From Squalus acanthias (taxonomy: Eukaryota): a DNA stretch of 64,000 nt. Made by a program: the position numbers and the translations under genes. Each line of letters opens with the position of its first letter. Positions within the stretch are counted from its first letter, which is position 1. Shown in pieces: positions 15,822 through 27,300 of this stretch. The stretch lies in NCBI GenBank assembly GCA_030390025.1, contig CM059431.1, positions 146,694,001 through 146,758,000 of the forward strand, in the 5' to 3' direction. Under the pieces are notes generated by a model that was given only the letters and a program-made list of their open reading frames with translations, ran no database searches and had not been told where the DNA came from.

Positions 15822-15900
15822 TATCTGGAGTGGGGTTCGAATTCACGAAAACCTTTATTGGGTCTTCAGTCTAACGTCTTAAACATTCAGCTACCCTATT
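15822..15900 (-). pseudogene. Degenerate tRNA-Leu(TAA)-like pseudogene
   Basis: The reverse complement (agggtagctgaatgtttaagacgttagactgaagacccaat...cgtgaattcgaaccccactccagata) aligns with vertebrate tRNA-Leu-TAA (...GGTTAAGGCGTTGGACTTAAGATCCAAT...CGTGGGTTCGAACCCCACTCCTGGTA). The stems are broken. Confidence 0.7.
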
Positions 15901-15976
15901 GCGAAGATTACGCTGTGGGCCTGGACCCACAGGAGTATTTTCTTCAGTATTAATTATATTGTTTTCGTGTATATTG

Positions 15977-16758
15977 TACAGAGAGAGAGAAACAGACAAA
16001 CAGATAGACAGACAAGGACAGAGGGACACACATATAGAGATTAAGAAGGAGATATGGAAGAGAATGTGGGAAAGAGAGAATGATGCAGTTAGACTGGGAA
16101 GGCCACATAGATAGACGAAGACAGAGCGATAAAGAGAGGAGAGAGAGACTGAAAGATACAGAGAAACCGAGTGAGAAAGAGAGAACCACAAACAGAGCGA
16201 AAGGTAGAAAGAATGAGAACTGAAAAAAGGATAGAAAGGATAGAGAAATGGAATGAGGGAAGGATACTACTGCTGAAACGAGGAAGAATCAGAAGGTGCG
16301 AAAACTGATTTGGTGTTAAGGGACAGAAGCCCAGAAACAGAGGAAGAACTGGAATAGAAAAATTACAGAAAGTGAGTAGGATAGAAACAACAGGAAACTG
16401 AGAAAAGCGACAACAATGGAAAGCTAAATGAAAAGTAATAAATAATCGGTTCAGAGGGACTGCCTATGAAGAGAAGAAATTGAAAGTGCTGATTGAGGGA
16501 CAAGGAAACCGTGAGAAGAGTTAGCGATAGAGAGAGAGAGAGACAGACAGTCAGAGAAAGACAGAGAGAGGGAAAGACCGACAGAAGGAGGGAGGGGCAG
16601 AGAGAGTCAGAGAGAGAGAGAGAGCGACAGAGAGTCAGAAGTTGACAGGGGTGAAATTTATAGGTAGACAGGAGTGAGACAGACAGACAGAGAGTGCGAG
16701 AGACCGACAGAAGGAGAGAGGGACATAGAAAGAGAGACAGAGAGAGACAGGAGAGAGC
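15977..16758. repeat. GA-rich low-complexity tract, containing a tiny RTE 3' tail remnant at ~16446-16480
   Basis: (GA)n/(GACA)n runs. The sequence tcggttcagagggactgcctatgaaga matches the RTE tail seen reversed at ~58665-58695. Confidence 0.85.
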
Positions 16759-17324
16759 CACGATGGTGGTGTCCATCTCAGAGTAGAACTTATTGTCAAA
16801 GAGCTGATGCAGATGCTGCCGGGAACGTCAGGCATTGTGTGGCTCGTGGCCCAGAAGTGCTCTACGGGTCTATAGGATTCTTATCACCACTTGAAAAACT
16901 GCTGGATTTCGGGGCTCCACAATACGTAGATTAAAAATTTCCTGGTAACTGAAAATATGCGTTTCGTGCAAAAATCCTATTATTTGCTAATTTCATTTTC
17001 AACTCCGGAGTTCTATGTACAACGTCTCCAACGCAAGAACGGTACAGCCACAGTCTCTGAAAGTTACAACAATGGGGACGGCTTTAAAAGAAAACAATAT
17101 ATATTAACATTTATTTTTTGATCTAATAGAGGTGGTTAAAATGTTATGATATCGCATTCAAGTTTACTTTATCCAAAGCGACGATGTAGTGACAGGTTCT
17201 GGGTACTAGGCTGCGCTGTGAATGGAGTTGCTGATGTCTCCCAGCTCAGTTGCCATCTGATATTCAAGAAAATAAAGTATCCATTAACTAGAGATCAGCA
17301 ACACAAAGGGACAATGAAAAAGTT

Positions 17325-18980
17325 ATCTTTTATTTTATTTATGCATTCTCGGGATGAGAGCAGCGCTGGCAAGGACAGCCTTTATTGTCCATCCATAGTT
17401 TTCCTTGAGTATGTGGTGGTGAGTCGCCTTCTTGAACCGCTGTAGTCCGTGTGGTGAAGTTACTCCCACAGTACAGTTGGACAGGGAGCTCCAGGATTTT
17501 GAAACAGCGACGATGTCGAAACGGCGATATATTTCCAAGTCAGGAATGTTGTGTGACTTGCATTGGAACTTGGAGATGATCGTGCTCCCCTGCGCCTGCT
17601 GCCCTTGTCCTTCTAGATGCAAGAAGTCACGAGTTTGCGAGACGCTGTAGAATAAGTCTTGGCGAGTTGCTGTAGTGCATTTTGTAAATGGTACACACTG
17701 CAGCTACGGTGCGCCGGTGGTGGTGGAAGTGAATTTTTAAGATGGTGGATGGGATGCTGATCAAGCGGACTGTTTGTGTTCGGTTGTTTCGAGATTGCTG
17801 AGTGTGGCTTGAGCTGCAATCATCCAGGAAAGTGAAGAATATTTCATCACACGAATGGAACACTGAAATACATCAGCGAAAACATGCCCATTCTGACCAT
17901 ATGACAGAGCGAAAGTCATGGATAAAGCGTCTGAAGTTGGTTCAGAAAAGGACACTGGCCTGAGGAAGTAATGTAGCGATCTGCTGGGGCGGAGGTTATT
18001 GGTCTCCCAACAATCACTTTGTGCTAAGTATGACTGCAGAGTATTGCGCCTGATTCCCATTGACTTCAGTTTTTGCACAGTTAGGGTCACAGTCGGTCGA
18101 ATGCTTCCTTGCTGTCAAGGGCAGTCACTTCCACCTCACCCCTGGAATTCAGACCTTTGCCATGGTTGGACCAAGGCTGTAATGAGGTCTGCACCTGAGC
18201 AGTCCTGGCGAAACCCAAGCTGAGCATCAGTGGGCACGTTAGTGGTGAGTAAGAGCAGCTTGACAGCACATAACTTCTTCTATCACTTTGCTGATGATTG
18301 AAATTAGTCTGATGGGGCAGTAATTAGCCGCATTGGATTTGTCCTGTGTCTGAACAAGAAAATCCTGGGTAATTTTCCACTTTTTCGGATAGCTCCAGTG
18401 TTGTTGCTGTACTGCAATAGTTAGGTTGGAGTCACGACTAGTTCTGGAGCGCAATTCTTCAGCACTACAGCCGGGATGTTGCTGGGGGCTAAGAGCCTTT
18501 GCTGCATCTCGTGCGCTCCGCCGTTTCCTGATACCACGTGGATTTGTTCAAATTGACTGAAGATGTTTTGGGACCTCAGGAGGAGGCCGAGATGGATCAT
18601 ACTCTCGGTACTTCTGGCTGAAGACGGTTGTAAACCCATCAACTTTCACGACTGGATGCGACAGCACTGCAGATCTTTGACCTGTTCCGCTGGTTGTGGA
18701 ATCACTCAGCTCTGTCCATAGCATGCTGCTTCTTCAGTTCAACATGCATTTTGCAGCCTTACCAGTTGACGCCTCATTTTTAGGTGCGCCTGATGCTGCT
18801 CCTGGCAATCTCTTCTACTGTCCTCACTGAACCACGTTCGGTCCTCTGGTTTGATGTTAATGGTAGAGTAAGGGACATGCCGGGCCATAAGTTTGCAGAT
18901 TATTGTTGCGTAGAATTTTGCTGCAGCTGTTTGTCCACAGAGCCTCATGGGTGTGTTGAGCTACTTGATCAGTTCTGAAT
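17325..18980 (-). mobile_element. Decayed, internally deleted CR1-group (CR1/L2-like) LINE, RT region and 3' end
   Basis: Fragments DKSNAANYCPIRLISIISKVIE, ALDSKEAFDRL and LKNCAPELV. The 3' tail ccttgccagcgctgctctcatcccgagaatgcataaa is the same family as 59985-61160. Confidence 0.85.
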
Positions 18981-18985
18981 CTTAA

Positions 18986-19058
18986 ATATAAACAGAAAGT
19001 TCAGGAAATACTCAGCAGGTCAAGTAACATCTGTAGAGAGAGAAACAGAGTTAAAGTT
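18986..19058 (-). mobile_element. Penelope-like inverted pseudo-LTR, left part (split by the ERV; continues at 31736-31866)
   Basis: The reverse complement matches the PLE terminus at 33010-33090. Joining 19058 to 31740 restores gagttaaagtttcagg. Confidence 0.85.
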
Positions 19059-20710
19059 TGTAAGGGGTTCGGGTGGCTCTGTGCTCAGCCTGGGTGCTAG
19101 TGCGGGGTTAGGCCTCGTTGCCTGTTCTGGTCTCCAGTCAGCCTGGTAACACTAGACACCTGTCAGTGGTTCGACCCACTCGCCCTTACGGTTCTGACAC
19201 TGGACTTAGGTGCGAGAGCAATAATGCAGAGAAAAGTCAGGTAGACCCGGTTGAATAGTACGAAATGGAAAATCTTTATTGCATGTTGTTCAAGATTACG
19301 AAATACATGTCATAAGCACAGATTAACGACAGTACAAGCTTACATACATTTATGAAACTAGGTTTAGGGAAACGAGGAGCGCACGACACATCGTAAAAGG
19401 GGACACACATTATAATTATCCTTAAAACAAAAACCCTCCCCTATTAATACCTGTCCTAATCTAGATCTGTAGGATCGATAATCATGCTCACCACTCGTGA
19501 TAACTCAGAGAATTCTAAAACGATGCTCGGATGTTTTCGCCACAACACCTGACTATTCACGTGTTGATCAGGGGTCTCTGTACCCAACTTGTTTACTCAC
19601 ACTGCTCCGGCTAGCAGGCTGGACCATCTGCTGCCATGAAGATCTGTGTTGACCTCGGATTCCTGATAAAATTCAAAGAAGAGTCTTCCTGTGCCGACAC
19701 CCGTTCGGTAAAACTCGAAGAAGAGTCTTCTGGTGCCAGTTGTGGAGTAGCCGATAAAATTCAAAGAAGTGAACAATCGATTTTCGGGCGCAGTCGGGGC
19801 TTACTGACCGCGGCGGCACGTGTAGTCTTCTTCTTCTCTTCTCATCTCATCTCATCTCATCTCCTCTCGGGCCTTCAGATCCAACACCGTTTCCCCACCT
19901 CTCGGGATGGTACACCCGCTTGCAGGCCTTCGCAGACCAGCTCTCCACAGATCTTCGTGGCAAGCCACGAGGTCGACCCCAGAAGGATCAGCGGATCAGA
20001 GAATAAGAGTCAAGAGCTCGAGTCGGTGGTCGGCAGAGAATAAGAGAGTCAAGAGTCGGCCGGGATAAGAGGAAGATGGACGTTTGGAAACTACAGTTAT
20101 AGTACTGTAATTCCTTATCTCCCGCCCAATCTTAACCTTCATCTTTTGTCATGTTTTGGCGCTCAAACTTCTTGTATGGGGTGGTTCTTGTAGTTAATGG
20201 GTTTCGGTGATACTTGTAACTGTCTAAGTACCCGTTAATATTTCTTCCATTGTGGAACCGGCTAGGGGTCTCCCTGGAGGGGTTTTGGGGGCCTCCGAAT
20301 TCTTGCTGTGAGTACCCGCGAACGGCTCTCTCATCGTAGAGCCGCGGGGACTTTGCGTATCAATGTCTTTGGATGGGCCCTTGATTGCCCAGTACAATAG
20401 CCCTCGTTTGTGCATGGAAAACCGATTCCAGCACTTATATTTCTTAGGTGTTAAAATGCAAAACAATCGCGCCTTGTCTTATATCAATATGCTGAGTACT
20501 GTCCGATCTTGCAGAAATGTTTATTGAACCGCCATCTTGTCTGCCTACTGAAAGTCTGGAACCTTCTGCCACGAGGCGCGGCGGCCATTTTACAGGCTGC
20601 TTGTGTCCGTTTTGAAACCTGACAGCATTTTGCTGAAATAAAGCTGTTTATACGAAACTGTATGTCTCTATCTCGTTATTTCGAAATCGCGATAATTTGC
20701 GAATTCTACA
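19059..20710 (-). repeat. 3' LTR (1652 bp)
   Basis: Direct repeat of 30084-31735. Minus-strand AATAAA at 19275-19280. Confidence 0.97.
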
Positions 20711-20722
20711 GTCCCTCCTGTT
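20711..20722 (-). promoter_or_regulatory. Polypurine tract (AACAGGAGGGAC) abutting the 3' LTR
   Basis: Purine-rich run ending 2 nt (AC) before the LTR start TG on the minus strand. Confidence 0.75.
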
Positions 20723-21162
20723 GATGCGAATAACTCCGCTTATCGTATCAATTAAAAGTGGTGGTGAGCAACAATATCTCGATTCTCCATATCCAAATAT
20801 TCCTTTGACTTAAAACTATCTAGGGTCTCCGTGTCGTGCTTATTTCCCAGGGAAAAATTATAATTTTATCAAACCGTTGGCAGTATTTGCCTTTAACTTA
20901 CACCGCGTGTATGTCTTCCAGGTGTAACAGGCCGATGCCTCTTGCACCACCTGTATGTGCATGTTTTTTTTTATTATTCAGGAAAAGAAAAACAAAACAA
21001 TCACACAACCATTTTAACAACACAAAATTAAAAATAATCCAAGAACAACTCTTTTTAAAAAACCGAATTCCAAACTTAGCTACAGGTTCTAAGAAAAATA
21101 ACAATCAATAAACAACTACGAGACACAACATGGAAAAACTGGAGTGTCGTCACTCTGGCCGT

Positions 21163-23513
21163 TTACGCGGCGCTTTCTCCGTGCACGCGCACGTAACGCT
21201 CTCGCCACTCTCCTGTGTTTTCCTGTTCTGTGAGGCGCTTGCCTCTCTTACAGTGCACGACCAACAGGTATACTACAATTATGACCTGGCATACAACTAA
21301 AATGTGGGAGGCTATTCTAATCCAGGAAGGCACTTCGATGTTGGTGAACAGATCCCACCACGGTGGGATTACTATGTCTAGGATCTCTGACCCAATCGTG
21401 ACAGTCTTTTGCTCAAGGGTATAAAAATGTTCCTGCGAAACCGCAACGGCTTTCACAAGTTTGGTGAGGTGTTCAGGGAGAGGGGGAATGATGTATCCGA
21501 AATGTGCGACGAATCGCTGCAAGTCGGTAAAATTCTCTTTTACTGTTAGATGAACAGTGGATGGTTCAGGGATCGGGACAATTCGCTGCTGTGCCACTTG
21601 AACTTCAGCCCTGGGTTTAAAACAGAAACTGCTGTCACTCACCGGACACCGGTTACGGTTTCCATGCTGGTAGTGTTGCGCTGCAGTGGTAACACAATAT
21701 GTTCCACCCCCTATGTATGCCACCTGCGGAGGCACATGATCTTGTGCCATTGCCTCCATGGTGCAATTCATGGGCTTGGCGCCAGCCGTTCTGAACCCGC
21801 ACTGTGGTGATAAAAAGGCATTCAAGTGCTGGAGACACAGGATTATATGTGCTCCCCTGCCACGACAACCAGAGAGATCTGTACCTGTCATCGTTTGCTC
21901 CCAGTGGATGACGTAAGGTGGGACCGCTGCATAGCGAATGTGGGCTCCCCCATGAATGACACCAATGTTCTCTACCCGATACACTGGGGCGGGCTTTGCT
22001 GTGTCGCCCAAAACCGGCATACGTAAAACTATACCCGTAATGGTATGGTTTGACCGTCCGCAGTCCACGGGGACTGGATATGCTTCTGAAGCTAGCCTGA
22101 GCTGGCACGGGCTTAATGCGTTCTGAAAAGGGTGGAGCGCCTGCAGGTGTTTGTTACTTATCCAGGACGGGACCAAACCTTGTTTTAAATCCTCCAAATT
22201 ACTGCGGCCCTCGCCCAGTAACCACGCCCCATAGAGCACGCACACCTCGTTCTGCGCAGCCTGATCGGATGCATTCCGATCTTCCCTGATCAGGGCATTT
22301 ACCGTACGCGCATGTTTCTCCAGTTCAGCTATAATTTCCTTTAAATGGAGCGTCATGGCCTGGTCTTCATGTAACCCAGATCCTACCACCTTATTTTCGT
22401 CTGTAAGGATATTCTTTAATTGAGTTTTTAAACCATTAATCTAGGTCTGCAAATCCACGTTATCTAGAGTGTTGACCACAGATGTCCCTGTATTGAACGC
22501 AGTGAACATGTCGTTCACAAAACCCCTTCTTTGTCTCCCCACCTGGCCCAAAACTTCATGTGGTGTGGTGTACAAACTTGTTTTATCAATCTCCGCAAAA
22601 TCGAATTCATTAAATTGTCTAAACATATTGGTCAACAGGACCTGGTACAACTGTTCCATCTCTTAGGGGCACCACTCTGGCAACCGCACCTCGGTGAGAT
22701 TTAAAATCACCGAGGCCACCGCGTAATGTACCCCCTGAAATAGTATCTGGTCTGTAGGGACCAGTACCAAACCATTCCCGGGTCCCTTACTGGTTTTAGG
22801 GCACCCTTCTTCCTGAGCCAAAACCACCGGAATCGTGGGCGGGGCCTTGCGTGGGCGCGTAATGAGTTCAGTGGCGTTTACCGGGATCGGAGAGCAAGGG
22901 GCTCCGCACCCCCTGGTGCTAAAATCCCACCTCATCCCTTTCTCATAATCCTGCCACTGATTCACAAAAAATATGGAGATGCCTTTGGGGCAAACGTGCT
23001 TTGACCCCCACATACACACATAAATTCCCTCATCCAGTTCCCACCATTTGTCCCAACAGACTTTCAATTGCCTGTTAGTCCCCGTAATTGTCCGATGGGT
23101 ATTATTACCCAGTCGCTCCCACTCGACAGAAGAATTCCTCATATTTCTGCTCAGCTTTCGTAGCCACCACCATCGGCTCAATGGGACATTCCCAATACAA
23201 GTTAAACAAATCCGTTTGCCGACGGTGACGCTGACTCTGGGTGCGATGATCCTCACTTTGGGGCACATCAAAGAAGTCTCTTTGTAGGCAAAACCCGTTG
23301 TGCTGGAGTATTCAGTTGAATTCGTTCCCAGCCATCCTGGCACCTTCCCTTGTGGAAATAAATGGCGGTCTCCTCAGCCTCTCGCCTCCCGGTCGCATCC
23401 ACCGTGATGGGGGCCGTGTCCCCGGAGCATCCAAACACCACGACATCCTTGGTGTGGCCTCGATAGGCCAGTCCACATCCGCTTGCCGCGAGCACTATCA
23501 GAATCCGTTCCAT
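21163..23513 (-). pseudogene. env: env: signal peptide, Ig-like domain, Pro/Cys linker, F2-like segment, furin site RQRR, F1/foamy-TM-like fusion subunit and TM anchor (~780 aa reconstructed)
   Basis: ATG at 23513 gives MERILIVLAASGCGLA. One frameshift lies at ~23270-23373. In-frame stops at 22663 and 22441 link ORFs 22663-23343, 22441-22659 and 21163-22389. RQRR is at 22525-22536 and the TM helix is WIRIASHILVVCQVIIVVYLLVV. Confidence 0.92.
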
Positions 23514-23789
23514 CCTTCCTTGATTCCAGTGATCAGATAAAATGATGTAGCCAGCCTCCCAAGAGTCTCTGGCTTTTGTGAAGGGTGAGCGGGTCCCCTG
23601 ACCTCGCCTCACGTAAGAAGACATGTGCACTGGATAGATCTTTTAACTAAACCTAATCTAAACTCCCATCATTTATCTTTTACTTATCAAAATGAAACTA
23701 TAAAACTTACAAGAATTACAAACTATAAAACTTCTAACTTATCTTATAAAACTGTACAGCGCCGCCCGTTCCCAAGGCGGCCTATTCAA

Positions 23790-24346
23790 ATTCTGTGAAG
23801 GCGGCCACAAGCTTTTCCCGACGGTGGGTGGGCGCTGACCCCCCCCCCCCCTTTGATCTGCCGCAGCCTGTTGCTGCTGGGCTGTGACTGGGCTCTCCCT
23901 GGGCTGCCTAGCCTTGAACCTACGCCTTGGGACACTCTGGGGACTTGACCATATCTTCCTGGGCTGGGGTGTCCGACTTCACCTACGGGGGCCTACCGGG
24001 GGCAAGAACTCCAGGACCGACGGACCGGGTTTCGAGACTTCCACCGTCGCGACCTGTGGTCCCACCACAGCCGCTGGCTCCGCCTCCCCTGGCTCCGCCT
24101 CCCTCAACTCGTGATCAGCAGTCTCTGGCACCGCCCTACTTGGCCCAGTAGGCGGCCCTTCACTCGCAGTCCCTACCTCCACCGAGGGCAAGACTTCCAA
24201 GGCGGACGGGCTGGGCTCTGAGACTTCCATCGCCACGTCCTGTGGTCCCACCACAGCCGCTGGCTCCGCCTCCCCTAGCTCCGCCCCCCTGATTTCGGGA
24301 CCTGCAGCTTCTGCTTCCACCCTGTGTGGACCTCCACTCGCAGTCC
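23790..24346 (-). other. Acidic/Pro-rich repetitive coding-like segment between integrase and env (pol extension or accessory ORF)
   Basis: ORF 23979-24320 contains two copies of GEAEPAAVVGPQ..EVS.P.PS.LE.LP, with a DNA repeat period of ~186 bp. Confidence 0.5.
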
Positions 24347-27300
24347 CTATCTTCCTTTACCTGAATCGGGGGCGAACCTTTCGTCCTCCGATCCCAGCTC
24401 CTCTTCGCTCGGGTCACTATCTTGGTCGACCTCTTTGAACTCTTCCTCATCTGACTCCCAACCCCAATAAAGGATCCTACATTTTGCTAGGATGTCCTCT
24501 CCCCTGATGCAAGCTGCTTTGCCAGCCTGCGTGCCCTGCGGTCCTACCCGGGGCTGTGTGTCCCCACTCGCAGGTTTGGCCCCTGTGGTTGGCCCTTGTG
24601 CACCCGGCTTATACAGTTTGCACTGATTTACTTGGAACCACTTCGTGCGTCGAGGTACCTTTACGGCGTATACCATGGGACTCGCCTTATCTACAATACT
24701 GTAGGGTCCCATGTACAATGGTTCCAGACTCCCTACTCTGGCATAGCTTCTGACCATGACTTGGTCTCCTATTTCCCACTCCTGTTTCTTGCGGGGTTCC
24801 AGCAACAGGCGATTGCCCTGATGCTGCCTTACCATGTTCCCAGCCGCCTGCTCATAACCCTGCTTCAGGCGCTCCAAGTGGGTCTGGACGAACTTGTCCT
24901 TGCTTACCTCTTGGAGCTGACCCTCAGTGAGCACCGGCGCTAGCACATGGGTGGGGGTTCGCATGATCCTCCCAGTCATCACCTCGTGCGGGTAATACCC
25001 CGTACTTTTCGACTGACTGGCCCGGATCCCCATGAGGACTAGAGGCAGAACCTGCGCCCATTTTTGGGGCGAGTTCATAGTCTCTTTCCTCAATTTCTCC
25101 TTCAGGGTCCGGTTCATGCGTTCAACAATCCCGGCTGACTGGGGATTGTGCGCTACGTGCCACTTCCCTTCAATGCCCAAAAGCATGAGGGTGTTCTGCA
25201 TCACCTGGCTGGTGAAATGACTCCCTTGGTCTGACTCCACGAAACGGGGGAGTCCCCACCGCGAGAACACTTCCCGGACCAAGATTTTTGCAGTACCCAG
25301 CGCCGTAGCTGTTCTACAGGGGAAGGCTTCCACCCATTTGGAAAACACGTCCACCAAGACGAGGCAGTATTTATAGACTCCCTGGGTGGTGGGCAGGGGC
25401 CCTATATAGTCGATCTGGATCGACTGCCAGGGTCCCTCTACCCTCCTGATGTGCCCCATGGGCACTTTCCTTTTCTGGAGGTCTGGGTTGTTTGCAGCGC
25501 ACACAAGACAGCTTGCAAAGAACTCGCGGACCTGCTCCCTGAGTCCCGGCCACCATCTTGCCTGCTCTACCCGTTGCCATGTAACCTCGGGCCCGGGGTG
25601 CCCTGCCCCCGCCCCCCTCATGAGCCAACTGGAGGAATTCCCTCCTGTGCTGCTGCGGCACAACCCACTGCTCCTCGCGGAACAGCATGCCTTCTTTGAC
25701 GGAGAGGGTTGCCGTTCTGTACGGACCCTCTACCTGCTTGCCCTCAGCAATGGTTCTGCGAACTGCTTTTAGGGCGGGGTCCTGGTTCTGGACGGTCTTA
25801 AGGTCTAGGGGCAATGCTACCCTGGTGTTCCCGGGATTCCCGTCCCTACCTTGGATCGCTGCCACGGGTCCGGGCCCATAGGGGTCCCAGAAAATGCCGT
25901 TACGGGCACCTTCCCTGGCTAGCGCATCCGCCTGCTGGTTGCCCTCCCCACGGGGCTCTGTGGAGGAGTGAACCTTCACCTTATGGATGAAAATCTCCCC
26001 TTCCTCCCCTACTGCTGCTAGGATCTTTTCGAGCAAGGGCTTCACCGTTAAAGGTCGCCCGTCCGCGGAGGTGTATCCACGGCGGGACCAAATGGCCAGG
26101 TATTCCGTACATGAATTGCATGTGAACATACTGTCTGAGCAAATCATGTATGGGGTTGGGAAAATTTCTGGGTGGGTAATGACATACGCCACCGCAGACA
26201 GCTCAGCCTGCTGCGCGCTCATGGTGCTGGGGAGCTTAATCGCCAGGGCAAGGTTTGCCGCAGGGTCATAAACTCCACACTCTGTGAGTCGTTCGCCAGC
26301 GGACACTGTGCTGGACCAATCAACATAAATTTCGCGCCCTGTGGGATGTATCCCGGCCCGCAAACCCATGTTGACTTCCCACACCCCTTCCACCGAACAC
26401 TGGTGGGCTGCACCGGGGTATACCAAGTTGGCCGCAAGCCTGGGCTCGCAAAGACCTTTAACTCTAAGATCCATCTGGGAGAGGAGAACGGTCCAGCGCG
26501 CAATTCGAGCGCTGCTTGCGGTCCCATCCTTGATCCTCCCATCGAGAAGCATCATAGTCGGTGTGTGATGGGTGAGGAGAGTGATGGGAGAGAGCCCTTT
26601 GAAGATCGCTGATCTTTTCTCAGCCCAATGCGTGGCTAAAAGATGCCTTTCGCAATTGGAGAAACTCCTCTCCACATCCGTTAACACCCTGGACGAACAG
26701 ACAACCGGCCTCAGCTTGCCGTGACGCTCTTGGAGCAGCACAGCGCTCAAGCTGTCTCCGCTGGCAGCTACCTCCAGGAAAAACTCCTTCCCCCCGTCTA
26801 TGGCCCCTAAAGCTGGCGCGGTCTGCAAATTCCTTTTTAACTTCTCGAAGGCTGCCTGGCAGCCCTCGTCCCAAGACCACTCCACTCCCTTATGGAGGAG
26901 TCGGAGCAGCGGCGCTGCTGTGGCCGCATAGTCTTCGATGAAGTCTCTGCAGTAACCGGTCAGTCCCAAAAAGGACCTCACACCCCTTATGGTGTTGGGA
27001 ATCGGTAACTCTTGCACCGACTCCCTCCTAGCCTTATCTATGGCTCTTTCCCCAGCGCGAATGGTCAGCCCCAGGAATTTTACTTCCTGCTGACCGCTAC
27101 GTGCTTTCTTAGGGTTAACTTTAAAACCCTTTCTCGCTAGCAGCTCCAATAACTCGGCCAGCAGTGTTCCATGCTCCTCCCTTGTGTCCGTAAATAGGAG
27201 CAAATCATCCACGTACTGCACTATCTGATTGGGCTGACTAAACTCCTTTAAACTTCCTGCCATACACTGGTGGAAAATACTGGGGCTGTTGTGGAAACCC

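Noticed and set aside
15871..16934. Ser/Leu- and Arg/Glu-rich ORFs
   Set aside because: Translations of GA/TC low-complexity DNA.
20224..20466. 80-aa LTR ORF (also 31249-31491) as an accessory gene
   Set aside because: Non-ATG start and no recognisable motif. Its presence twice just reflects LTR duplication.
20711..21162. Foamy-type tas/bet genes after env
   Set aside because: Only ~450 bp of AT-rich sequence with no convincing sense ORF.
21163..22389. 408-aa env ORF as a domesticated syncytin-like gene
   Set aside because: Upstream stops and a frameshift cut it off from the signal peptide and fusion peptide. An open stretch this long is unsurprising in a young provirus.
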